NCBI GenBank assembly: GCA_965116495.1
Contig: OZ220696.1
Coordinates: forward strand, 3,168,001 to 3,232,000
Direction: 5' to 3'
Source: Gammaproteobacteria bacterium
GTDB lineage: Bacteria; Pseudomonadota; Gammaproteobacteria; Eutrophobiales; Eutrophobiaceae
Length of the DNA stretch: 64,000 bases
Shown one piece after another: positions 18,201 to 27,408 of this stretch. Positions within the stretch are counted from its first letter, which is position 1, and each line of letters begins with the position of its first letter. Made by a program: the position numbers and the translations under genes. Under the pieces are notes generated by a model that worked only from the letters and a program-made list of their open reading frames with translations, did no database searches and had not been told where the DNA came from.

Positions 18201-18898
18201 TTAAACATTACTACTGGCCCACACCCAACGGCCACAAGACCGCCATCATGCTGGAGGAGGTCGGGGTTGAATACGAGGTCCATCCCGTCGACATACACAA
18301 CGGTGCGCAGTTTGACGCGGAATTTATAAAATTAAGCCCGAATAACCGTATTCCGGCAATCGTTGATACCGACGGACCCGGGGGCAAGCCCTACAGTATC
18401 TTTGAATCCGGCGCCATCCTGCTGTACCTGGCGGAAAAGACCGGCAGGCTCTGGCCGGACGATACAAAGTCGCGCTACGACGTCATGCAGTGGTTGATGT
18501 TCCAGATGGGCAACGTCGGCCCCATGTTCGGCCAGAACGGCTATTTTCAGGGATACTGCCCGGAAGAGATTCCACTGGCGAAGGAACGTTACCACAGTGT
18601 CACAAAGCAGATTTACCGCGTATTGGACAAGCGCCTCACTAAATCCAGTTACCTGGCGGGTGATAAGTACTCGATTGCCGATGTCGCCACCTACCCCTGG
18701 ACCATGCCCAGACAACGGGCATTGCACAGGATTGACATCGGCGATTACCCGAACGTCAGGAAATGGGCCGACACTATTTCACGGAGGCCCGCGGTTCAGC
18801 GCGGTATTGCCGTGCTGTCCGGCGCTGCGAAAGTCGGCAATCCCACGGAGGAAACCTACAAAAATATGTTCGGCAGCGCGCAGTTCGGCCAGACCTGA
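18197..18898 (+). CDS. GST Nu-class (YfcG/YghU-like) thiol-dependent oxidoreductase
   Basis: WPTPNGHK, SPNNRIPAIVD, FESGAIL, QWLMFQMG.VGPM.GQ. Confidence 0.9.
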   Translation: MIKHYYWPTPNGHKTAIMLEEVGVEYEVHPVDIHNGAQFDAEFIKLSPNNRIPAIVDTDGPGGKPYSIFESGAILLYLAEKTGRLWPDDTKSRYDVMQWLMFQMGNVGPMFGQNGYFQGYCPEEIPLAKERYHSVTKQIYRVLDKRLTKSSYLAGDKYSIADVATYPWTMPRQRALHRIDIGDYPNVRKWADTISRRPAVQRGIAVLSGAAKVGNPTEETYKNMFGSAQFGQT

Positions 18899-18900
18899 CG

Positions 18901-19764
18901 CTACTCCTTGACCGGTTGGCGCTTCGTCTTGTAGGCCGAGTAGCTGTCCGTGCGGGTTTCCCAGGGTGCGTCCGACTGCATGAAATCAGGGTTCCTGGAT
19001 TCGACGTACTCCAGGACTGCCGGCGAAATATCCGACGGGTCGCTGATCTTTTTCCCCTGCCCGTGCCAGTAGTTCACGCCCGGTTGTTTGCCCATCAGGA
19101 AGAACGGATACCAGGGGTTGACGTGGTTGACGGTCAGGTGTGACGGCGCGCTGACCAGGTCGGGGTTCTCCAGGTCGGAGACTTTACCCCGGAACCCGTC
19201 CAGGTAGAGCAGGTTCAGGACTTTCCCCGTAGATGCCAGCGGCCATTCGTCAGGGTCGAGTTTGTTCATAAACCTGAAATGCTGGGGTTCGGTGACCCAG
19301 ATATCATCGCCGGAACGGGTCCAGGGGTACTGTTTGGGTGTAACGACGATATCGAACGGCCCGCCGATTACGTCGATGGGGTAGTTGGTCCTGCTGGTGA
19401 ACGGGTTTTCGAACTCCTCAATGCGCGTATCGCTCCCGGGTTCGGTGAAGTAAGACATGTCGTAGTTACGAAAGTGAAACGACCCGTTACCCAGGTTGCG
19501 CCAGACCATCTTCAACAGGCCGGTCCAGCCCACCATCGCGTGGGTTTCATCGTGCGTGGCCCCGTAGACGATGCCCTTGTACCAGTAATGCACCATCCCG
19601 TCTTCCAGCGTGCCTGCCAGCTTAGCGTACGCCCGTACGCTTTCCAGCTCGTTCGAGAAATCTATGGCAACCCTGGGTGTGGATCCGGCCTGGCTTGCAG
19701 CCAGTGCGCCACCGGCCGCGGCAAGTGCGCCCGCGCCCTGCAGCAAGGTGCGCCTGTCAATCAT
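18901..19764 (-). CDS. Tat-exported DUF1838-like protein
   Basis: Tat motif DRRTLL; HYWYKGIVYG, FENPFT, PWYPFFLMG..PG resemble DUF1838 (alternative start 19779). Confidence 0.7.
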   Translation of the reverse strand: MIDRRTLLQGAGALAAAGGALAASQAGSTPRVAIDFSNELESVRAYAKLAGTLEDGMVHYWYKGIVYGATHDETHAMVGWTGLLKMVWRNLGNGSFHFRNYDMSYFTEPGSDTRIEEFENPFTSRTNYPIDVIGGPFDIVVTPKQYPWTRSGDDIWVTEPQHFRFMNKLDPDEWPLASTGKVLNLLYLDGFRGKVSDLENPDLVSAPSHLTVNHVNPWYPFFLMGKQPGVNYWHGQGKKISDPSDISPAVLEYVESRNPDFMQSDAPWETRTDSYSAYKTKRQPVKE

Positions 19765-21613
19765 CGCTGATATAGACATACAGGTCGTTAAGGGTAACCG
19801 GCTCCCTGTCGTGGGAACCTACCAGGGTGGTGACGTCCAGGCCGTTAGCCGCTATCCCTTCCGCCAGTGATACCGCTGAGTGGAATGGCAGGATATCCGC
19901 CGGCCGTTTTTTCCCTGCACGCTTGTCCCGCGCCAGGCCGCTGACATAAAGGTCGCCTGCGTAGAGGAGCTTCTCGCGGTCAACCACCATGTACAGCATG
20001 TCCGATACGTGCCCCATCTCCAGGGGATAGACGGTCACCGGCTGTGACGCATCATCGATGCGATAAGACCTATCGCCCGGCACGCCCGCTATCTTTGCGC
20101 TCGCAGGGTTACGGTCCAGTGCGTCCTGTAACACCGTGGAAGGGGGACGCGAGGTTTGAGCCTTGTAGAAATCTACCGCCGCCTCGTGCACCACCAGCGT
20201 TGCTCCGGCCGCGACGTATGGGCGAATCCCCGCGCCGTGGTCGTTATGGTGGTGGGAAACAACCAGGTGGGTGATGGGTTTGTCCGGGAACCGTTCTCCA
20301 ACCCAGGCGATGATCTCCTCACCCTTGAGGTCGTTTTGTCCCGGTTCCATGACTACAATACCGTTCTCCTGTTCGACGACGAACGTATAAATACCGTCAA
20401 GCGGGGCTGCGTACAGCAGGTGCATACCGGGGCTGAGTTCGATGGCTTCGATATCGGGCCGCCCCACACCGGCAAAGCCGAACATCAGCAGGGACTGGCT
20501 CAGGCGCTTCGCCCGGGCGGCAATCTCCTCGTCATGCTTGTACTCGATGCCTTCCGGCGGCGTAAAGGCAGTGCCGAAGTCCGGATTGACGGTTATTCCG
20601 CTACGCCTCACGTCTATGCGCGGCCCGCCGCCGATGGACATTTTGAGCTGGTTGGGAAAATAGACCCCGTCTACGGCCTGCCAGTCGTAATAGTTGACTT
20701 CCAGCGGCACATCGCCGTAAACCACGTCCCATTCCATGGTCCAGAGCTTGCTGATGCGCCCCGTTTCCTTGTCGATGAACAGCGTAACCGGGTACACCTC
20801 ATCTTCGATAACGAGTTGATGGTGAGCCTCCTCGTCGATTTGTGTACTCGCGCGCCAGCGGTTAAGCCAGTCGTCGTCAACCCCGGTTTTTTCAACCATC
20901 AGTTCGTGAAAACGGGTGCCTTCAGATCGCTGGAGCCATTCGCCAGTGACGATGAGCGTGCGTTTACCCGTCTGCCGTACCCGGTCCGTCGTTACGGGAA
21001 ATACGTCGGCAGCGGTGAACAGGCGGCCCGCCGGCCGGTCCGCGCCGGCCGCGGCCAGGGTCGCGGACGAGGGGTTGTCACGCACTTCGTTGAGGAGTAT
21101 ATGCGGGTTGAGAAGGCGTTCGGTCTTGACCGTCCCCGCGGTCTTGTCAGGGGATGACGCCTTGTCCTTTTTTTTCGTGATACCGAGAAAGCCCTCTTCC
21201 TTGATATAACCTGCTTGCCCGATGACCAGTTCGGTGCTCTCGCGCTTGTCGTAGCCGCCGCCCCGGGCCGGGAAACTGGTGGTCGTGTCAAGGCGCACCT
21301 GCCCTCCGGCGAGGTCGTGACTTACCCTGAGCGACGCAGTCAGGAGTCTCATAAGACCGTGACCGGGCTCCGGCCCCTGTCCCATGATATGGTAATCGCG
21401 TTCCTCTTCGGTGGAAAAACCGTCCAGGTTTGCCAGCGCACCCTCACCGCCGATACCGCTGACGGCCAGGGCAATGACGTCTGCTGCGCCTGGTGTTGCC
21501 GCCCCGGTTGAACCGGTAGCGGCTTGTTCGGCCTGCTGGCAGCCGCCTGTAATTGCAATAATCAAAACCAGCGCGGGCATCGAGCCGGTCAATCTGTCGA
21601 TAATTCTAAGCAT
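19757..21613 (-). CDS. Lipoprotein with N-terminal beta-rich domain and C-terminal metallo-beta-lactamase fold
   Basis: RBS AGGAG before ATG 21613; lipobox-like TGGC; SHHHNDH (HxHxDH), GH, AGDL, GSH. Confidence 0.85.
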   Translation of the reverse strand: MLRIIDRLTGSMPALVLIIAITGGCQQAEQAATGSTGAATPGAADVIALAVSGIGGEGALANLDGFSTEEERDYHIMGQGPEPGHGLMRLLTASLRVSHDLAGGQVRLDTTTSFPARGGGYDKRESTELVIGQAGYIKEEGFLGITKKKDKASSPDKTAGTVKTERLLNPHILLNEVRDNPSSATLAAAGADRPAGRLFTAADVFPVTTDRVRQTGKRTLIVTGEWLQRSEGTRFHELMVEKTGVDDDWLNRWRASTQIDEEAHHQLVIEDEVYPVTLFIDKETGRISKLWTMEWDVVYGDVPLEVNYYDWQAVDGVYFPNQLKMSIGGGPRIDVRRSGITVNPDFGTAFTPPEGIEYKHDEEIAARAKRLSQSLLMFGFAGVGRPDIEAIELSPGMHLLYAAPLDGIYTFVVEQENGIVVMEPGQNDLKGEEIIAWVGERFPDKPITHLVVSHHHNDHGAGIRPYVAAGATLVVHEAAVDFYKAQTSRPPSTVLQDALDRNPASAKIAGVPGDRSYRIDDASQPVTVYPLEMGHVSDMLYMVVDREKLLYAGDLYVSGLARDKRAGKKRPADILPFHSAVSLAEGIAANGLDVTTLVGSHDREPVTLNDLYVYISDD

Positions 21614-21739
21614 TTCTGTTCTCCTGCCAATGTTTCTGTGTTGCGGATAACACGCGAGGTGTCGATATCCGTGGAATGTTAATTCCCAATTCATGGGTGT
21701 CCCAAATTAGCTTTATGGCCGACCAGGTTTTTTTCCGTC

Positions 21740-23218
21740 TCAAACTGAGGGCTTGACGTTGGCATTCAACTGCAGAAGGTTATCCGGGTCATACTTGTTT
21801 TTCAGTTGTACCAATCGCTCGTAATTGCCCTGGTAGGTCACTTTCACCTTATCCTGTTCTTCATCCATGAGTTCATTAACGTAAAAACTGTCGGCAGTGT
21901 ATGGTTCAAGGGCGTCCCAGTAGTCCCGGCCCCAGTTGACATATTTCTCTGATTTTGCGGGGTCAACCCAGCTAGCGCCGACTTCCAGGTCCCATACCGC
22001 ATCACGGTGCGGCCAGGCTGTGGCTTCCGAGTCCACCCTGCCTACGGCGCCCCCGAAACGGACAATCCGCATGGTGTTGAACCTGCCTTTGGCATGGTGC
22101 CAGCGTTCCATGATGATATCGTTCATCACCGGGTCGAAATCATTGACGTACCGGCCCTTGATATAGTAGTGGCGGCCGTGTGCGTTATGGGCGTCACCCC
22201 TGCTCTGCATACCCACGTAGTTGGTGGGCCTCAGGAATTCGGCAACCGGTTTGCCGAGTTTGAGTAACGGTGCGATAACGCGCTCACCGGCGCTGAAAGA
22301 CCCCGACCAGGTGAACCCTGTCATGGCAAAATCTTCATTCTTCTCATTAATCGTCATGCCTGTGAAACAGTGGAGTTCATCAGGCGCGTCCAGCGAATTT
22401 TCGAAATAATGATTCAGCATATCCCTGGCCTCATCCCGCGGATATATGGCCGCGCCGGTCAGTACTTCCGGTCCGAACCGGTGCGTGCCAAACTCAAACG
22501 ACGTGACGACGCCAAAATTACCGCCGCCGCCGCGTACCCCCCAGAACAGGTCAGGGTTTTCCTGTTCGCTGGCGTGGCGCAACTTGCCGTCGGGGGTGAC
22601 AATTTCCACCGAACGCAGATTATCGATAGTCAACCCGTAGGTACGCATGAGGATGCCGATACCGCCGCCCAGGGTGAGACCGGCTATGCCGGTATGGGAG
22701 ACGACGCCGGCCGGTACGACCAGGCCGTAGGATTGCGTCTCGCGATCCATGTCGTGCAGTAATGCGCCACCTTCCACGCGCGCGGTCATGGCGTCGGGGT
22801 CCACTACCACGCCTCGCATGGGAGACATATCCAGTACGATGCCACCGTCACAGATTGATTTTCCGGAGATGCTGTGGCCGCCGCCGCGCACCGCGACCAG
22901 GAGGTCGTGGCTGCGGGCAAAGTCGACAACGTTGATGACGTCGCTTATGTCGGCGCACTGGGCGATGAGGGCAGGGTATTTGTCGTCCCAGATGCCGTTC
23001 CAGATCTTCCGGGCTTCGTCGTAACGCGGACTGACGGGTGTCAGCAGGGCCCGCCGCAGACTCTTGGCAAGCTCTTCAATTTCCGCCCGTTGCAACACAG
23101 TTTCCTTGCCTGTGCGTCCTATGGCGCGCAGTTCTGACGGGAAGTGAGCACGGCTGCTGGGAAGGTACGCCGCTGTCAATGCACCCATGGTCGCCTTGAC
23201 AAATGTACGTCTTTTCAT
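21740..23218 (-). CDS. Tat-exported FAD-linked oxidase (BBE/VAO family)
   Basis: MKRRTFVK; RGGGHS (His at the usual covalent FAD site); LFWGVRGGGGNFG; LKNKYDPDN. Confidence 0.93.
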   Translation of the reverse strand: MKRRTFVKATMGALTAAYLPSSRAHFPSELRAIGRTGKETVLQRAEIEELAKSLRRALLTPVSPRYDEARKIWNGIWDDKYPALIAQCADISDVINVVDFARSHDLLVAVRGGGHSISGKSICDGGIVLDMSPMRGVVVDPDAMTARVEGGALLHDMDRETQSYGLVVPAGVVSHTGIAGLTLGGGIGILMRTYGLTIDNLRSVEIVTPDGKLRHASEQENPDLFWGVRGGGGNFGVVTSFEFGTHRFGPEVLTGAAIYPRDEARDMLNHYFENSLDAPDELHCFTGMTINEKNEDFAMTGFTWSGSFSAGERVIAPLLKLGKPVAEFLRPTNYVGMQSRGDAHNAHGRHYYIKGRYVNDFDPVMNDIIMERWHHAKGRFNTMRIVRFGGAVGRVDSEATAWPHRDAVWDLEVGASWVDPAKSEKYVNWGRDYWDALEPYTADSFYVNELMDEEQDKVKVTYQGNYERLVQLKNKYDPDNLLQLNANVKPSV

Positions 23219-23398
23219 TGTGCTACCTCCGTTCCCACGAATGCCAACACTGAACGGTCCGTTTTCACTCCTTTTTTTCGTCAGCAGAGTGGTATTTTCA
23301 GGTATAATGTTACATCTAATTTATCATTTGCTAATTTAAGAGTCAAACAAACAGCCCGCATTTCTCACCTGGTGAGAAATCGTGGCTGGCACGGTTCA

Positions 23399-24769
23399 AT
23401 GTCGACTAAATCGGGTACAGGCAACGGGGCGCCGGACTGGCCGTCTCCCACCATGGCGTGGTACGCCGTGGCGGTGCTGTTCGTCGCTTATACCTTTTCA
23501 TTCATGGACCGGATCATCCTGAGCCTGCTGATCCAGCCCATAAAACTGGACCTGGGCCTGAGCGATACGCGCATCAGCCTGCTGCACGGTTTTGCGTTCG
23601 CCATTTTCTATACCATCATGGGCATCCCCATAGCCCGCCTGGCTGACCGTTACAGCCGCCGGGCGATTATTGCGACTGGTATCACCGTCTGGAGTTTAAT
23701 GACCGCGGTGTGCGGGCTGGCCAGGGGCTACTGGCAGTTGTTCGCTGCCCGGGTAGGGGTCGGCGTCGGCGAGGCCGCACTGTCACCGGCGGCGTATTCG
23801 ATGATCGCGGACATGTTCAGGCCGGACAAGCTGGGACGCGCCCTGAGCGTGTATACCATGGGGGCTTTCTTCGGCGCCGGGTTGGCTTTTATCATCGGCG
23901 GTGCCGTGATCCAGGCAATTACCGGTTCGCCGGAACTGACGTTGCCCCTGGTTGGCACGGTCAGGTCGTGGCAGGCGGCGTTCCTGGTGGTGGGATTGCC
24001 CGGCCTCCTGGTGGCGGCCCTGATGTTTACCGTCAAGGAACCCGTGCGCCGGCAAATAGCGGATAGCACAGGTGGCGGGGATGGATGTGAGGCAATTCCG
24101 ATGTCCGAGGTGCTTGCTTATGTCCGCTACAGGTGGTGCATCTATATCACCCACTTTCTCGGGTTTTCATTGCTGGCGGTGGTGTCCAATGCGATCTTTG
24201 CCTGGTCTCCGACCTTCCTGAACCGCAGCTTTGATATGACCATGGGGCAGGCCGGGCCTGCCATAGGAGTGATTTTATTGATATTCAGCAGCGCCGGGCT
24301 CATCACCGGCGGCTGGCTGACCGACCGGCTGGTGCTCAAGGGGTTTCCCGACGGCGGCATGCGCGCCGGTGTGGTTGCGGGGGTCGGGTGCGTTCCGTTC
24401 GCGGTACTGATGCCGTTCATGCCGTCGGTTACCTCGGTCCTGCTGCTGTTCTGCCCGCTGCTGTTTTTCGCCAGCTTCGGTTTTGGCGCCGCGGCCGCGG
24501 CCCTGCAGCAGGTTACGCCGAATCGCATGCGCGCCGTTGTTTCGGCATTTTACCTGTTCCTGTTGAACCTCATCGGCATAGGACTGGGTCCCACGGTAAC
24601 CGCCCTGATTACCGACTACGTGTTCGCCAACGAGCAGGCAGTCGGCTTTTCCATCGCGATCACCGCCGGGACATGCGGGCTGTTGGGGGCAATTGTCCTG
24701 TGGCTTGGTCTCAGGCCGTTCCGGGAAGAGGCGACTGCCCAACTACGGGCTGCCGGTACGGACCGGTAA
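23399..24769 (+). CDS. MFS transporter (spinster-like)
   Basis: FSFMDRIIL, ARLADRYSRR, RVGVGVGEA; about 12 TM. Confidence 0.92.
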   Translation: MSTKSGTGNGAPDWPSPTMAWYAVAVLFVAYTFSFMDRIILSLLIQPIKLDLGLSDTRISLLHGFAFAIFYTIMGIPIARLADRYSRRAIIATGITVWSLMTAVCGLARGYWQLFAARVGVGVGEAALSPAAYSMIADMFRPDKLGRALSVYTMGAFFGAGLAFIIGGAVIQAITGSPELTLPLVGTVRSWQAAFLVVGLPGLLVAALMFTVKEPVRRQIADSTGGGDGCEAIPMSEVLAYVRYRWCIYITHFLGFSLLAVVSNAIFAWSPTFLNRSFDMTMGQAGPAIGVILLIFSSAGLITGGWLTDRLVLKGFPDGGMRAGVVAGVGCVPFAVLMPFMPSVTSVLLLFCPLLFFASFGFGAAAAALQQVTPNRMRAVVSAFYLFLLNLIGIGLGPTVTALITDYVFANEQAVGFSIAITAGTCGLLGAIVLWLGLRPFREEATAQLRAAGTDR

Positions 24770-24777
24770 CACGGTAA

Positions 24778-25767
24778 TCAACGGAGAATTTTCATCTCCT
24801 CTATGGGGCCGTTGCCGATACGGGTCCCTTCCGCGTAGGTAACTTCAAGCCACTGGCAGCCGCTCTCCGTCACGGACCCCGCGCCCCATTGCCAGATACT
24901 CCCGGGCGGCTGATCGATAAAAAAATCCTTGCCGAGTGTTATTTTCCTGCCGGCAGCGTCCGGGCCTGCCGACTGCAGGATCTCCATATCGCCGTAGAGT
25001 ACGTAGATGAAGCGCTGCGCTTTCCCGAAATAGGTCCGTTCCTGCGCGCGCGGGTGTATCCAGCCGGGCGGTGCGTAAAGAAGCCTGGCCCGGAACCCAC
25101 CCTGCCAGTCATCGCTCAACCACTTGACGCTAACGCCGGGCAGTTGCGCGTCTTCCTCCCATTCCATCACTTCGGTGGTGGCAGTGTGGCGGAAATGGGC
25201 GTTGGTGAACTGTGTCACGGCGCGCCAGTCGTCACTGTACATTTTACTGTCCGGGTTCAGGCTGACCGTCTTACCGCCTTCCGCGAAGAGCAACTGTAAT
25301 GAGCCCGGTGGTACTTTCTGGCGCTGCATGGCGTCGGCGCGGTTACCGTGGATACTGTAGGCAGGGCGGTCCATCCAGGTGCCGGGATGCATATTCACCA
25401 GGGACCCCAGGTGTTGTTCGGGGCTTACGAATTCATAAAGAATAAAATTACCTTCCAGCACGTAGCCCCACTCATGGAAGTCGTGGTAATGACGGTCCCT
25501 GGTTTCCGCGTCCCAACCGGGCGCGAAGCGCACGTAGAACAGCAATGCGCCGTCCGCGTTCCGGTAAAGCAGTTTACCGCTGGATGTTCCCTTCTTGCCC
25601 ATACGGAAGCGGTCGTCCCATTCCATGGCGTTGACATCGGTGATGCGTAACGTGTCCCGGCCTGCCGGCCTGCCATCTTCCTGCGCCTGCGCGTTGCCGG
25701 GCGCCAGGATACAAAGCAGGATGCCTGCGCAGATTGTGCCGGCCGCTATGGCAATGTTTTTCATCAT
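24778..25767 (-). CDS. Secreted tandem-cupin protein (DUF4437/ChrR-like), paralog 1
   Basis: Signal peptide AQA; RHYHDFHEWGYVLEG and RPAYSIHG cupin metal motifs; second cupin-like half. Confidence 0.7.
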   Translation of the reverse strand: MMKNIAIAAGTICAGILLCILAPGNAQAQEDGRPAGRDTLRITDVNAMEWDDRFRMGKKGTSSGKLLYRNADGALLFYVRFAPGWDAETRDRHYHDFHEWGYVLEGNFILYEFVSPEQHLGSLVNMHPGTWMDRPAYSIHGNRADAMQRQKVPPGSLQLLFAEGGKTVSLNPDSKMYSDDWRAVTQFTNAHFRHTATTEVMEWEEDAQLPGVSVKWLSDDWQGGFRARLLYAPPGWIHPRAQERTYFGKAQRFIYVLYGDMEILQSAGPDAAGRKITLGKDFFIDQPPGSIWQWGAGSVTESGCQWLEVTYAEGTRIGNGPIEEMKILR

Positions 25768-25787
25768 GTATGCTACCCGGTGCTACC

Positions 25788-25815
25788 TGGGGTCAGGGCA
25801 AATGCTCTGACCCCA
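25788..25815. repeat. REP-like palindrome TGGGGTCAGGGCAAATGCTCTGACCCCA
   Basis: Near-perfect palindrome; same GGGGTCAG...CTGACCCC family as 26619/27088 and 49253. Confidence 0.75.
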
Positions 25816-26013
25816 ATAATCTGACAATGAAGTACAGCTTATCAGATCATGATCCTGTGTGTTGAAACGTTGACCATGTTGTGCTACGTTGAATTTCGTG
25901 AGGCCGATAACCCCGGCGCAGGGGCTTGCGGCCTTGACTTTCTGGACCCGGGCGGGGGACTTGTCTGCGTGAGCAGTAGCCGGCCCCCCGCCATGACTTA
26001 AAGGAGAACGCTA

Positions 26014-26463
26014 ATGAAAGCTGCTAATGAAGCCTTATCCGCCGATACCCCGGCAACGGTGACCTTTGACACCCTGAGCGCTGCGAAGGAATTGAAAGAA
26101 ACCGGCCTGGAAGACCGGCAAGCCGAAGCGATCGTATCAACTATCAGCAAAGCAATGAGCGAAACTGTGGCTACAAAAGCGGACCTGGAATTACAAAGCG
26201 CTGTGACAAAGGCCGATATAGAAACGCTGGGAGCAGAGTTGAAGGCTGATACCAATGCACTGAGAACGGAGTTGAAGGCTGATACCGAAGAACTGAGAAC
26301 GGAGTTGAAATTATTTCAGCAATCCGTAGACAGCAGGTTTGATGCGCTTGAGAACAGACTCATCCTCAAGCTCGGCGGCCTGATGGTGACGATGACCTTT
26401 TTGCTGCTGGCCATCGGCCCGTTTTATTTTCGCTGGGTGATGTCCCTGATGGGCTCATCGTAA
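26014..26463 (+). CDS. DUF1640/CCDC90-like coiled-coil membrane protein
   Basis: RBS AAGGAG; FDTLSAAKEL...QAEAI head, ATKADL neck, 33-bp/11-aa tandem repeats (LRTELKADT), C-terminal TM. Confidence 0.82.
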   Translation: MKAANEALSADTPATVTFDTLSAAKELKETGLEDRQAEAIVSTISKAMSETVATKADLELQSAVTKADIETLGAELKADTNALRTELKADTEELRTELKLFQQSVDSRFDALENRLILKLGGLMVTMTFLLLAIGPFYFRWVMSLMGSS

Positions 26464-26618
26464 ACTCTTAACGAAGATCGAAGATGGGGTCGGACCACCA
26501 TAACTATTTGTTTCAATTCAGTTTATATGCCGTTTTTGCCTGCTATGTCCCCCTAAACCCCGTATTTTGCCCACAAAAAAGGGGTTTTGAGATTCCCTTG
26601 CCTGTTTGACGCCATTAT

Positions 26619-27106
26619 TGATTTTACTCTGACCCCGGCAATCCAATGTGCTCAGGTGTCTCTGTGGTGTCGTTGTCTCAGGCGGCCTGCTTCGGCGAGG
26701 CCCTGAGATCGTCAATACGCTTATTCACGAACCCGGTCAGGTCGGTGAAGCGTTGGTTGATATTATCGAAATGTTGCGCCAGCGCCGCATTCTGGTCGTC
26801 AATGCGTTTGTGCATCGAGGTATTCATGTCATCGATTCGTTTATTCACGTCATCGAAGCGCTGGTTTGTCGAAGCCTTCATGTCATCGAAGCGCCGGTTC
26901 ATCGAGGCGTTCTGCTCGTCGAAGCGTTTATTGATATCGAAACGGAACCAGGCGAATAGAGCGGTCGTGAACCCTGCGAGCGAAAGAAAGAGGTGTATGT
27001 TTGACATGTGTCGGTCTCCCTGTCAGTTATTACAGATGCGTATCTGATTATAGCAATATGGCCGGGGGGATCAAGGTAATTGACAGACGGGGTCAGAGTA
27101 AAATCA
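26619..27106. repeat. Perfect 19-bp inverted repeats (TGATTTTACTCTGACCCCG / CGGGGTCAGAGTAAAATCA) bracketing one small gene
   Basis: 26619-26637 is the exact reverse complement of 27088-27106. Confidence 0.85.
26678..27007 (-). CDS. Small N-anchored coiled-coil protein with N.RFDD/RIDD 7/11 repeats
   Basis: RBS GGGAG upstream; hydrophobic N-terminus; repeats in an 11-11-7-11-11-7-11 register. Confidence 0.75.
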   Translation of the reverse strand: MSNIHLFLSLAGFTTALFAWFRFDINKRFDEQNASMNRRFDDMKASTNQRFDDVNKRIDDMNTSMHKRIDDQNAALAQHFDNINQRFTDLTGFVNKRIDDLRASPKQAA

Positions 27107-27112
27107 CCATAG

Positions 27113-27265
27113 TTCTTGCTACCTGCCAAGCAGCCGGCGGTGGTGATCTATGACACGGATGGCCGGGAAGGCCGGTTTGAGTACCGGATCAGGATCGCCT
27201 GCCGGAAAGCCCGGGTGCGTTATGAGGTTTTTTGGAAGCGGCCTGTTGGTCGGTGCGAGACATGA
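27113..27265 (+). pseudogene. Probable 3' gene remnant (AKQPAVVIYDTDGREGRFEYRIRIAC...)
   Basis: Protein-like 50-codon frame with typical codon usage but no ATG or RBS, starting right after the 27088-27106 repeat. Confidence 0.4.
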
Positions 27266-27408
27266 CGTGGGTTTCTCTAGAAGCCTGGACAACCATAAAA
27301 TAACACCCTGATAGTCGTCAGCAACAAGGTGTTACCATGCTATAGTTGACTCGATCCGGTTAAATCACAACTACGCTCACAGTGTAACCCGGTGCATATA
27401 TAACTCCA

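Noticed and set aside
26200-26960. CRISPR-like periodic repeats
   Set aside because: The 21/33-bp periodicities are in-frame coding repeats without unique spacers, and no cas genes are present.
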